DNA from: a virus
Strand: one strand, 5' to 3'
Virus record (IMG/VR): IMGVR_UViG_3300044780_000040
DNA length: 46,444 bases
The notes beneath the pieces were generated by a model. It saw only the letters and a list, made by a program, of their open reading frames with translations. It ran no database searches and was not told where the DNA came from. This document shows, piece after piece, positions 1 to 8,627 of the stretch. Both the position numbers and the translations under genes were made by a program. The first letter of the stretch is position 1. Each line of letters opens with the position of its first letter.

Positions 1-127
1 GATCATTTTACTCTACAATGGGAGCTACGAAACCCACTATGTCGCTCATGAACATCGAATCGCACAACTCATCCTCACTCCAATCTGGCCCTGCGCAATT
101 GGAGAACTTGACATCCTTCCGCCCCCG
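1..127. repeat. Terminal overlap: 1-127 is identical to 46318-46444, so the contig closes into a 46317-bp circle
   Basis: Direct comparison of both ends (gatcattttactctacaatggg...cttccgcccccg). A dUTPase ORF reads through the junction in frame. Confidence 0.95.
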
Positions 128-169
128 ATCGGGCGAGGAGATCGCGGCTTCGGCTCTACCGGACTCTGA
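2..169 (+). CDS. dut: dUTPase, 3' end (same gene as 45992..46444 read through the circular junction; 2-127 duplicates 46319-46444)
   Basis: The frame continues ...ILLYNGSYETHYVAHEHRIAQLILTPIWPCAIGELDILPPPIGRGDRGFGSTGL*. RGxxGFGSTG is dUTPase motif 5. TGA lies at 167-169. Confidence 0.85.
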   Translation: MILLYNGSYETHYVAHEHRIAQLILTPIWPCAIGELDILPPPIGRGDRGFGSTGL

Positions 170-929
170 CTTTCGACTCCCGAACATCAGAAAGATGTTC
201 ATTCCAGATCCGGGCAAAGTGATCGTTGACGCTGACCTTTCTGGCGCCGACGCCCAGGTCGTCGCTTGGGAGGCGAATGATGAAAAATTAAAGAAAGCAT
301 TCAGAGAGGGAAAGTCTGTCCACCTCATGAATGGAGAAGACCTTTTAGGAACAGAATTCACTCAAGCCGAAGGCCACCATAAATCCTTCGGAACACCAAA
401 AGGCAAAATGTATGAGGCCCTTAAAAGGTTCGTTCACGCTACCAACTACTTGGGAACTGCGCGGACCCTTCATCTTAACCCAAGCATCGGGTGGCCGCTC
501 AGCCTCTGCGAGCTTCGTCAAAAGCGATGGCTCGATGATCTCCATCCCGGAATCCGCGAATGGCATCGCCGGACCGAGCGTGAGATTTACAGCTCGCGGT
601 CTGTCAGAAATCAATTCGGTTATCGAATCGTATATTTCGACCGAATTGATTCCCTCCTTAGCCAAGCTGTCGCTTGGAGACCTCAGAGCACTGTCGCCGA
701 AGTATGTTTTAGAGGTGCGCTACAGCTTCGTGCGAACGTTCCCTGGGTCGAGCTTCTGCTGCAAGTACACGATTCGATTGTGTTCCAAATCCCAATCCAC
801 AGGTGGGGAGAAGCTAATACTCTCGATACCCTTAGACGCCATCTTGAGGTTCCTGTTCCCTACCCAGATCCCCTTGTGATTCAATGGGGAATAGCTGGTT
901 CGGACAAATCGTGGGGAGACTGCAAATAA
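18..929 (+). CDS. Family A DNA polymerase, C-terminal piece (fingers/palm, motifs A, B, C)
   Basis: RLPNIRKMFIPDPGKVIVDADLSGADAQVVA matches motif A (cf. Pol I IRxAF...DYSQIELR). KRFVHATNYLGT matches motif B and LLQVHDSIVF matches motif C. The frame is open from base 3 and the first ATG is at 18. Conserved sequence begins near 170 and another ATG is at 195, so the start is uncertain. Confidence 0.85.
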   Translation: MGATKPTMSLMNIESHNSSSLQSGPAQLENLTSFRPRSGEEIAASALPDSDFRLPNIRKMFIPDPGKVIVDADLSGADAQVVAWEANDEKLKKAFREGKSVHLMNGEDLLGTEFTQAEGHHKSFGTPKGKMYEALKRFVHATNYLGTARTLHLNPSIGWPLSLCELRQKRWLDDLHPGIREWHRRTEREIYSSRSVRNQFGYRIVYFDRIDSLLSQAVAWRPQSTVAEVCFRGALQLRANVPWVELLLQVHDSIVFQIPIHRWGEANTLDTLRRHLEVPVPYPDPLVIQWGIAGSDKSWGDCK

Positions 930-947
930 TGCAGCGGGAGCCCTTCG

Positions 948-2207
948 ATGGCCCGACATTTCGCGAACTGGCTCAAAGCCTATATGAACTACACCAGAGA
1001 TTCAGAATCTCCCACCGGCTTTCACTTCTGGACCGGAGTTTCTGTCTTAGCTGGCGCTCTACGCCGCCGCGTCTGGATAGATATGAAGAAGTTTCAATGG
1101 ACCCCAAACTTCTATATCATTCTAGTCGGCCCGCCGGGCGTCGCCGCAAAATCTACCTCCATTTCGATGGGGACTGACCTTCTGGGTAAAGTGCCCGGAA
1201 TCCGTTTCGGGCCAGAAAGCATGACCTGGCAAAAACTAGCGAAAGGACTCGCAGATGCAATCGAATTCGTCGAATACACGAACCCGCTCGGGGGCAAAAG
1301 TAGAATCGCTATGTCCTGCCTTACTATCAACGTCAGTGAATTGGGCACCTTTATGCAAGCTGACAACGACCAACTCATGTCCTTTCTCATTCGTATGTGG
1401 GACGGCCAACGAGATAAATTCCGCCATGAGACGCTTACAGGCGGAACAGTTGAGATCGATAACCCTTGGCTTAATATTATCGGCGCAACTACTCCAAGTT
1501 GGCTTAAAGCTAACTTTCCCGAATCGATGGTCTCCGGAGGACTCACTTCCAGAATAGTCTTCGTATTCGGGAACAAAAAGCGCGGCCTGATCCCTTATCC
1601 GGATGAGGTAATTCCGGACGCCGAATATGACAAAATACAGAAAGAACTCATATCCGATCTTGCAGAGATCAGTAAGCTCGCTGGCCCTTATACGCTCAGT
1701 CCCTTCGCTCGCGAGTGGGGGCGCGCCTGGTACGTCGACCACAATAACCCTGACCTTCGACCCCCACATCTCGCCTCAGAGCGTTTTGAAGGTTATCTCG
1801 CACGGAAACAAACACACTTGCATAAGTTCGCCATTATCCTCGCGGCAGCTAAGCGTAACTCCCTTGTTATCGAAGAGGACGATCTTAAAGAATCAGACCA
1901 AATCATCTCCGACAACGAAAAAGACATGATCCAGGTCTTCGAATCTATTGGCGTCACGGACCAAAAGAATCACGTCAACGAAATCGTCTCAATTGTCCGA
2001 TTCAGCGGATTCATGACGTCAAAAGGTTTGTGGGCGCGAAGCATGAACCACATGACCCTCAAAGACTTCGAAGAAGCGGTCCGCGCTGCCATTCACGGCA
2101 GACTTCTCGAACTAACGACTATAAACGGTATCCAGGGGGTAGTAGTGCCGTCGGTCCATCCGGGTCAGAAGGGCCAGAGTCCCCCGAAGCCACAAGGATC
2201 GACATGA
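948..2207 (+). CDS. P-loop NTPase, DUF3987-like (candidate replicative helicase or primase-associated ATPase)
   Basis: 419-aa ORF with GGAG 8 nt upstream of the ATG. FHFWTGVSVLAGALRRRVWI...PNFYIILVGPPGVAAKSTS resembles the DUF3987 Walker A region, although the Walker A is deviant (GPPGVAAKS). No other helicase or primase was recognised in the genome. Confidence 0.5.
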   Translation: MARHFANWLKAYMNYTRDSESPTGFHFWTGVSVLAGALRRRVWIDMKKFQWTPNFYIILVGPPGVAAKSTSISMGTDLLGKVPGIRFGPESMTWQKLAKGLADAIEFVEYTNPLGGKSRIAMSCLTINVSELGTFMQADNDQLMSFLIRMWDGQRDKFRHETLTGGTVEIDNPWLNIIGATTPSWLKANFPESMVSGGLTSRIVFVFGNKKRGLIPYPDEVIPDAEYDKIQKELISDLAEISKLAGPYTLSPFAREWGRAWYVDHNNPDLRPPHLASERFEGYLARKQTHLHKFAIILAAAKRNSLVIEEDDLKESDQIISDNEKDMIQVFESIGVTDQKNHVNEIVSIVRFSGFMTSKGLWARSMNHMTLKDFEEAVRAAIHGRLLELTTINGIQGVVVPSVHPGQKGQSPPKPQGST

Positions 2208-2274
2208 CAATGACGGCTAAGCTCACGCCCACGAGCGTACCGCAAAAGACACCAAGCCAGAACTCTTCCATGAA

Positions 2275-2307
2275 AATAGGCCCCTTATCGCCTCGATAAT
2301 GTCCCCA
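2275..2307 (-). promoter_or_regulatory. Copy d of a 33-nt palindromic motif (minus strand TGGGGACATTATCGAGGCGATAAGGGGCCTATT)
   Basis: Shares TGG.G.CATTATC-N5-GAT.A-N4-CC.ATT with the copies at 17788-17820, 30079-30111 and 36733-36765. It lies between plus-strand genes. Confidence 0.6.
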
Positions 2308-2325
2308 AAATGGAGGTCTCTCCGC

Positions 2326-2523
2326 ATGTTTAGAGAACCCATCATCACCATAAATGGCCAAGTACTCAACGACGGCCAATCAATGACCGTTCGCGTCGCG
2401 ATCACCAATTTTCTGATCGAACTTCGTGACGCTGAGAATTTTAGAAAACTAGGCCCAATCGCCCCTCGTTACTTGCTACGCTTGGAGGAAATCATTCGAA
2501 TGATCGGAGAGACCGATGGCTGA
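2326..2523 (+). CDS. Hypothetical protein (65 aa)
   Basis: ATG at 2326 is preceded by GGAGG (ggaggtctctccgcATG). The upstream part of the 74-aa track ORF overlaps motif copy d. Confidence 0.55.
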   Translation: MFREPIITINGQVLNDGQSMTVRVAITNFLIELRDAENFRKLGPIAPRYLLRLEEIIRMIGETDG

Positions 2524-2824
2524 CGAATCCGACGGCTGCCAACTCGAATCCTATATGTCTTACTGCAAGCTCTGCGGCACATGGCTCCATTGCTCTGAGA
2601 TCCAGAAAGGTGAACTCATTCGCCGCCCTATTGCCGACATCATTGAACCGGCTTCGCTCCCACCTGATTCGGTGCGAGACCCTCCGGATAATACTTCTGA
2701 AGATTTAGAGAAAGCGGAATATCGCTCTTCGCCAGAGGCAGCCCCGCCTCCTGCTTCGCCTTCACCTTCAGACGTTGTTGGACGGATTCTTTCAGTGCTT
2801 GGCTGGTCAAAGCCTTCATCCTAG
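2516..2824 (+). CDS. Hypothetical Cys-containing protein; its 3' half runs antisense to the end of the 1995-aa gene
   Basis: The ATG overlaps the previous stop (gATGGCTGA) and GGAGAG lies upstream. The N-terminus CQLESYMSYCKLCGTWLHC looks protein-like, while the C-terminal 60 aa are low complexity. Confidence 0.35.
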   Translation: MADESDGCQLESYMSYCKLCGTWLHCSEIQKGELIRRPIADIIEPASLPPDSVRDPPDNTSEDLEKAEYRSSPEAAPPPASPSPSDVVGRILSVLGWSKPSS

Positions 2825-5800
2825 CCTCGGGAGGCAACTCTTGATTGAAGCTCCGAATCGAACTCACAACCCGCGCCCGATCCTCGGGATTCTGACTCTT
2901 TACAGCATCTCCGAATTGTCTGAGCAAGATCCCCCGCCTCAGATCCCAATAGGTGCTGGCTTCTTGTTGGGCCTGAATGCTCTCCCATCGAGCGGTCAGA
3001 CGTCGTGGCTGATAACCTGCCGCGCGAGCGAGAATCTCTGCCATCTGCATTGTGTCGTGCGGGTCGAATCGCACAACCGTATTCCCGGCTTTGTTCACCT
3101 CCTCCCCGCGGGTCGCATAGCGGTATGCATGAGACATATTGCTCATAAACCGCGGCATAATTTGCTCCCATCGTTTCAACTCACTGAGATTCTGCGTGCT
3201 TGTGAGGAAATTGTACAAAGCGAAGAGATTCCCGAATCCTGCCCCGGCGGCTCTTTGCAACTGCTGGAATTCCGCCCCTTTCGGGTCTTTGACGGGTTGA
3301 AGAGGAGCAAATGGATCGAACCCCGTCACATCGCCCATGGAGATACTCTTGCTTCGATCCAGCGTTGGGAAGAATTTCGGAAGACCCACAAGACTCCCCA
3401 TCCCATTCATGACATGTGGAATCCCGAACCCATGAACACTCATCCCATGAAGCAACAGATCCGGACTAATATTTCCATGCGTGACATCTATCGCAAACTT
3501 GCGCGCTTCATCTTCGACATCCCAATCTTTTCCGAACAATTTCCACCCGAGCGCCTTGATGATCGAATTCACATTTTCAGTCCCCGGCAGTCCCATAAGA
3601 CCACCGAGCGCTCCCATGATTAACAGACTCCGGGCGCCCATCGCCTTATTATTCCACATATTGAATAGACTATTCTGTACGAACGACTTAAAAATGAACA
3701 AGGCACCTTTCCGTCCCCACATGAACTTCGGTCTCGAATAAGGAGCATAGACAAATTGAGTCTTTTCCACGGAGTCTTTAGCAGCGGTGAACGCGGCTGC
3801 CTCTTGGTGGCTCCAACCAGAATCTCTCAGGCGCTGGTATTGGAGCGGGTTGTCTCGAACAGTCTGCTGGACATATTTACCATTCGGGTCTCGCATCGCG
3901 AGGTCCCAAGCGGCTCTGAATGCGACACGCCGATTATACTGCTCGGTCATCTCGAACATCCAACTGGATGCCTCAGAGAACTTCTGCCAGAATTCCTCAC
4001 CTCTGTTTCCGAAGGCGCGGAGCAGATTTCGATCCTCGCTAACGGCTGCAAGTGTGTGAGCTTGCGTCTCACTGATAACGCCTTCTTTGACCGCCTCCGC
4101 CAGAGCCCGGAACTTCGAACCAGCGGGTCCGGGCGGCGCGTTCTTTGCGAGCTCCTGGATCGTTCCCTTCTTGTAGAAGTTGTTCAATTCGAGCCCCGCT
4201 CTGGAGATCGCAGCTACGCTTCTGAGATCCCCGAATTTACTTGCCAGATGCGGATAGGTCATAATTGGCGTCTGCGAAAGGTTTAATGTCGCTGAAGCCG
4301 GATTAAAACCGAGGAACCAATGGAACATCAATCCCCTCAGAGCCGCGAAATCCGGCTTCGGATCGACGAGCATATCGAGATGCTCAGTCATATAATTCGC
4401 GATCTTATCGCGCTTGACTGCGTCGTTCAGGTCAATAGATCCCTTCTTGACGTCCTTGATCTGATCCCTCAGAGCATCAACCCACTTGACCCGAGTGATG
4501 TGATTCGCGCCATGGAAGAAGAAGTGGGCGTACGCCCTTTGGAAATCGGTGCTATAGCCCGGAGTGACATCCTTCGCCTTGAACTGGTGACGGAAGCTTT
4601 GCGACGGCGCATAATCGAACCTGAGTTGATCGAGCATCCCTCTCTGTGTTCGACTCAACGACAATTTATCCGCGACCAAGTCGATGAAGCCCGGCGGCAT
4701 CCCCAAGAGTGGTGTCGCATCTTTTGGGACCTCTCCAGTTCTGACCCGATCGCCTGGGAGGAGGTCACTCGACTTCTCGAGTGCCGCCGCGATCTTCTTT
4801 TGCTGACGCAAAGAATCCGTCTGCTCGAAATGTCTCACATTTCCTGCATGATCGTAGACGGTTATCGTATACTTTCCAAAACGAGTGAGAGGAAAGAATG
4901 GCCTTTTCAACATATTGTCGATGCGTGTATTTGCGCTCTCGATCGCTTGAAGTTGAGCCACCGGATCTTTTATTCTGGCAGCGTCTTGCATCAAGAGATT
5001 ACGGTATTTCTCCAAGAAGCCATCAAAATCTGCTACGAGCCCCTCGAAGACCCTGAGACTTTGACCACTAAGTTTATGCTTCTCGGCGAGCTTTTGGAAC
5101 TCCGTTGCAGTCGGCCTTCGAATAATCCCATCATCAGTTAGCTTGAACATCCCATTCGCATAATCTTCGATGAACTTATTGAGACCGAAAAGCTGTTTGG
5201 GGTCTTTGACAAGTTTCCACTGCTTGAGGCGAGTATGAGCATCCCCCATAATGTTATTCTTCTCCAAATTCATAAGAGCGACAACTTCCTTATAGATTTG
5301 AAGGCCACGGATATGTTTATTCATATCAGCGATCTGCGGAAGACTAGTCATCCATTCCCAGAATCTATTCATCCGATCCGCGTGCGCCGCCATAGCATTG
5401 CCAGGCCCCTTAAGCTCTGGTGGAAGACTATCAATGATGTCCCTACCTCCGACAGTGAGCGCGGTGGGTGGTACAGAGCGCACCTCTGGGGTCCCATCCC
5501 TGTTCATGGCCTCAGCGTTGAGTCTCTTCCCATCCAATTCATGCTTGTCCTTGATGTCAGAAATGAACTCTGGAGTGTCTTTCATGAGCGAATCGAGCCA
5601 CTTCTGCATTACCGGGACCGCCTCCGCATTCCCCAACTTTCGACCGAGGAAGCGCTCGATTATATTTCGAATAGTCTGCCCCAATGACTTATAAAACTTA
5701 TCGACTCTCGACAATGGCTTATCCGACGTGGTCGCCCACTTTGCCACCTGTTCAGCGAACCATTCTTTGAAATGCAAAAGATATTCCCGAGATCCAGTCT

Positions 5801-8627
5801 GGAGATCCGAGAGCGGAATGTCGTTCTGCCTTTTCCCTCCCTCCCAATCTGGAAGATTCCGCGCCCCGGTCATTTCAGAGATCGCATTATCCCTCAATCT
5901 TCTCACGTCTCCGACCGTTTTTTGTGAAAGATTCACAGATTCCCGAAACTTCCTAAACTCATCAAAGATGAGCGTTCGAGTCGAATGGTCTAGATTCGCG
6001 AACTTATCCCAATAGATCAGATGTCCAATTTCATGCGCCGCGGTGGCATATAGATCTTCCGGAGTCCTGAGTCTATTGAGATTAATATTCACCACATATT
6101 CTCCATTGCGCAGTTCAGCTTTTCCGCGCCACCTCGCTTTATTCGGCTCCATCACAATATTCATCTTCCTGCTCAATTTGAGATCCTTAGCGATCTGAAC
6201 AGAAATCTTTGCGATCTTTTTCGCCGGCTCAATCAGCGCCTCAGGCGTCCCGATCGTCACAATATCATTGATGCGAACTTTTCCCTTTCCACTCGGCTCC
6301 GTTTCATAGAGTGGGAGGCCCATCCTGACTTTCGATCCAAAGGCTGGATTCAACTTCACGAAATAATTATCCTTCAATCTATTCGGATCGACTCCCATCT
6401 CTTGATGCAGACGCTCTCTCTGAACCCTGATCTGTGCCGGAATAGATGAATAATAATCCTCCGGCCGGACATCGAATCGAGTAGACTGGACATCCGCTCC
6501 GAGTTTATCTGCCCATTTCTTGAAAAGCCTCGAAACCTGTTTATCATAAAACTCCCTCGAACCCTGAAGCTGCTTCGCGGTCCCCAGCCGCAGACCGACC
6601 TGATCCCCTGTCGTCCAAGAGACACCATCATATCCCTCATCCGCCGCGAGTCTCAGAACCCGTTTAACCGCAAGCTCAGACCAATTCGACTTAAAGGGCA
6701 AATCCGGCGCCTTCCCCATCTGCTGGACAGCCTCATTGAATACATTCGAAGCATCCCTCCACCCTTGCCTCAACTCTTGAAGATAAGGATCTTCATGCGC
6801 CACGAGCCCTTGAGCTTCCACATACTGGCGCGCATTCTCATATTTGAACCTCGCCCGATCAACATTTCTTTGCGCATCTTCAACTGAGATCTCCGGTGCC
6901 TCTTTCGCACGATAGCCAGCTCTTCTCCCCATCTGGTGAATATCGCTCTGAATCTCCTCAACATGGAGCAACCTCTCACCATTCCGTCCCGTGCGGTCCG
7001 TTGCTCGAACGTGGGCTAAGACATTCGGATCTTGCCAATGGCTTCCAGTGAACACCGTCGGATCTTCTTGAAGGAAAAAGTTCCTCGCCTGTTTTCGCAT
7101 CCCTTCGCGTGAAAATTCTCCAGCCTGCTCCCACGGACCGAATTCTCTTGCATAATTATAATCCCAAGTGTCTTTCGCCCTCTCTTCAACTTTGAAGGGA
7201 TCGGGCTCATTCTTAATCGGAACCTTGAGCAAAAGCTCTCTATAATTCGAACGTTCGCCCGGAAGCACCTGATTTGCATATTCAGGATCGAAATCCAGCG
7301 GCGAAGTTCTCTCCTCCAGAATCAAACCATTCGACTCAATATGCGCAATCAAATCAGCTTTGTTGACCTTCCCCTCGACACTCGAAAGATATTGCGGAAG
7401 ATTTAGATCCAAAAGCTCCTCTTCCTTCACTCCGGGCGAGTTCTTTAACGTACCGATGACCTGCTCGACTGTTGCATTCTCTGGCACCTTTTCATGCACC
7501 GCCTTGAGCGTTGGAGAATAAAAAATCCGATCCTCTCTCGGATAAAGAACATCCTCCATCGCCGCCACTTCAGCGGGCGGAGTTTCTCCCAAACGAATAG
7601 CACCCGGTTCCGCACTCACATTCGGAACCTGGCTCTGAAAAGCCCTCTGAATCTCTTCCGGCGTCGCGGGCCTCGCACTCGGAAGCGCCTTCGCTCCAAT
7701 TCTTACAGAGCCCGCCGCAGCTTGATGTGCTCCCCACGCTCCCGCACCAACGCCGAGCCCGATAAAATAATCTTTCGCGAGATCTTCCCATCCAGGAACC
7801 TCGCCATGCGTGAGCGTCGTGACGGCGCCCTGCGCAGTTCCAAGACTCGGCAAAACAATTCCCATCTGTGTGAGTGCTTCGGCGACCGGATACTTCAATA
7901 ATTGAGCAACCTGCTCCGCTCCCTCTTGCTGCACCCGACCGAAAAGCGACGCCCCCGGAATAATTCCCATCGCCGTACCGAACGCCGTTGCAATCCCAGA
8001 ATCCACAATCGATCGAGTGAGCGCTTGATCTTCATTCAAACCTTTCGCTCTCGCCGCTTGATAACTTGGAACAATCGTGCCCAGCCCCGCTTCGCCTGCC
8101 ATCCCCGCGACAGCACCCGCTCCTCCGAACACCGAACCAGCGAGCATTGCCGCAGCCCCTGGCACCATTCCACCCATTCCGTGAGCAATATTCGCTCCGT
8201 ACCACTTCGGATCATTCCAGCCGTCAGTGATCTTTTCTCCCAGAAGCTTATTGATCTCATCTTGTGTTTCCGGATGTAGTAATTTTTCTTGATTCATTTC
8301 CTCCAATGTTTTTCCACCCCAATCCTTCGGTAAAATCGCCTGAGCGCCCCCAATATCTGCCAGAGTGCGATCGACGAGCCCCCTCTTGAAACTCGATACA
8401 ATCGCATCCCAGAAGCCGGGGGCCTCACTATTCGGTTTCGTAATTGGATCTTCAGTCGGACGGGGCTTTTCCACCGGAGCAGCAGGATTATCGAATGTCA
8501 GACCCTCCGGCAGCACCGCCTTCGGTGGCTCCGGCGTATCGAATGTCAATCCCTCTGGAAGCTCCGGATCAGTCTGCGGAGGCGTAAAGGTTAACCCTTC
8601 CGGCAACTCATTGGGCATTGGGAACAT
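2640..8627 (-). CDS. Giant polyvalent virion/ejection-type protein (1995 aa) with a zincin HExxH motif
   Basis: Uninterrupted ORF. It has a 3x LPEGLTF N-terminal repeat and a Gly/Ala-rich hydrophobic segment. HEIGH is encoded at 6021-6035 and FPLTRFGKY (PLxRFG-type signature) at 4875-4892. It is the last gene of the structural operon, after three low-complexity proteins. Confidence 0.7.
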   Translation of the reverse strand: MFPMPNELPEGLTFTPPQTDPELPEGLTFDTPEPPKAVLPEGLTFDNPAAPVEKPRPTEDPITKPNSEAPGFWDAIVSSFKRGLVDRTLADIGGAQAILPKDWGGKTLEEMNQEKLLHPETQDEINKLLGEKITDGWNDPKWYGANIAHGMGGMVPGAAAMLAGSVFGGAGAVAGMAGEAGLGTIVPSYQAARAKGLNEDQALTRSIVDSGIATAFGTAMGIIPGASLFGRVQQEGAEQVAQLLKYPVAEALTQMGIVLPSLGTAQGAVTTLTHGEVPGWEDLAKDYFIGLGVGAGAWGAHQAAAGSVRIGAKALPSARPATPEEIQRAFQSQVPNVSAEPGAIRLGETPPAEVAAMEDVLYPREDRIFYSPTLKAVHEKVPENATVEQVIGTLKNSPGVKEEELLDLNLPQYLSSVEGKVNKADLIAHIESNGLILEERTSPLDFDPEYANQVLPGERSNYRELLLKVPIKNEPDPFKVEERAKDTWDYNYAREFGPWEQAGEFSREGMRKQARNFFLQEDPTVFTGSHWQDPNVLAHVRATDRTGRNGERLLHVEEIQSDIHQMGRRAGYRAKEAPEISVEDAQRNVDRARFKYENARQYVEAQGLVAHEDPYLQELRQGWRDASNVFNEAVQQMGKAPDLPFKSNWSELAVKRVLRLAADEGYDGVSWTTGDQVGLRLGTAKQLQGSREFYDKQVSRLFKKWADKLGADVQSTRFDVRPEDYYSSIPAQIRVQRERLHQEMGVDPNRLKDNYFVKLNPAFGSKVRMGLPLYETEPSGKGKVRINDIVTIGTPEALIEPAKKIAKISVQIAKDLKLSRKMNIVMEPNKARWRGKAELRNGEYVVNINLNRLRTPEDLYATAAHEIGHLIYWDKFANLDHSTRTLIFDEFRKFRESVNLSQKTVGDVRRLRDNAISEMTGARNLPDWEGGKRQNDIPLSDLQTGSREYLLHFKEWFAEQVAKWATTSDKPLSRVDKFYKSLGQTIRNIIERFLGRKLGNAEAVPVMQKWLDSLMKDTPEFISDIKDKHELDGKRLNAEAMNRDGTPEVRSVPPTALTVGGRDIIDSLPPELKGPGNAMAAHADRMNRFWEWMTSLPQIADMNKHIRGLQIYKEVVALMNLEKNNIMGDAHTRLKQWKLVKDPKQLFGLNKFIEDYANGMFKLTDDGIIRRPTATEFQKLAEKHKLSGQSLRVFEGLVADFDGFLEKYRNLLMQDAARIKDPVAQLQAIESANTRIDNMLKRPFFPLTRFGKYTITVYDHAGNVRHFEQTDSLRQQKKIAAALEKSSDLLPGDRVRTGEVPKDATPLLGMPPGFIDLVADKLSLSRTQRGMLDQLRFDYAPSQSFRHQFKAKDVTPGYSTDFQRAYAHFFFHGANHITRVKWVDALRDQIKDVKKGSIDLNDAVKRDKIANYMTEHLDMLVDPKPDFAALRGLMFHWFLGFNPASATLNLSQTPIMTYPHLASKFGDLRSVAAISRAGLELNNFYKKGTIQELAKNAPPGPAGSKFRALAEAVKEGVISETQAHTLAAVSEDRNLLRAFGNRGEEFWQKFSEASSWMFEMTEQYNRRVAFRAAWDLAMRDPNGKYVQQTVRDNPLQYQRLRDSGWSHQEAAAFTAAKDSVEKTQFVYAPYSRPKFMWGRKGALFIFKSFVQNSLFNMWNNKAMGARSLLIMGALGGLMGLPGTENVNSIIKALGWKLFGKDWDVEDEARKFAIDVTHGNISPDLLLHGMSVHGFGIPHVMNGMGSLVGLPKFFPTLDRSKSISMGDVTGFDPFAPLQPVKDPKGAEFQQLQRAAGAGFGNLFALYNFLTSTQNLSELKRWEQIMPRFMSNMSHAYRYATRGEEVNKAGNTVVRFDPHDTMQMAEILARAAGYQPRRLTARWESIQAQQEASTYWDLRRGILLRQFGDAVKSQNPEDRARVVSSIRSFNQELPPEARMKALTSQALKESVQQRLKVKAKQEAGLPLAKSDIPLSLNLQKYYPEGLAPNQVGAKPVQ

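Noticed and set aside
1-127. The 127-bp terminal repeat as a biological direct terminal repeat
   Set aside because: Its length equals a typical maximum assembler k-mer, and it falls in the middle of a dUTPase codon series. An assembly overlap of a circular contig is the simpler reading. Sequence alone cannot settle this.
2119-2379. Minus-strand 86-aa ORF with a TM-like segment at the end of the plus arm
   Set aside because: Its upstream part is the translated motif copy d, and the rest is antisense to the ATPase gene 3' end. It is kept only as a speculative leaderless or antisense product in the findings, not as a feature.
5016-5036. VADFDGF in the giant protein, reminiscent of the NADFDGD metal-binding motif of multisubunit-type (and crAss-like virion) RNA polymerases
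   Set aside because: The third Asp is replaced by Phe, and I could not recognise a second double-psi beta-barrel signature. This is most likely coincidence, but structure prediction could revisit it.
2775-5694. Long plus-strand ORFs (2775-3623, 3756-4286, 4320-5141, 5235-5687 and others) inside the 1995-aa gene region
   Set aside because: They are entirely antisense to a much longer ORF that has recognisable motifs. Their Arg/Ser/Leu/His-rich composition and lack of SD sequences mark them as shadow ORFs.
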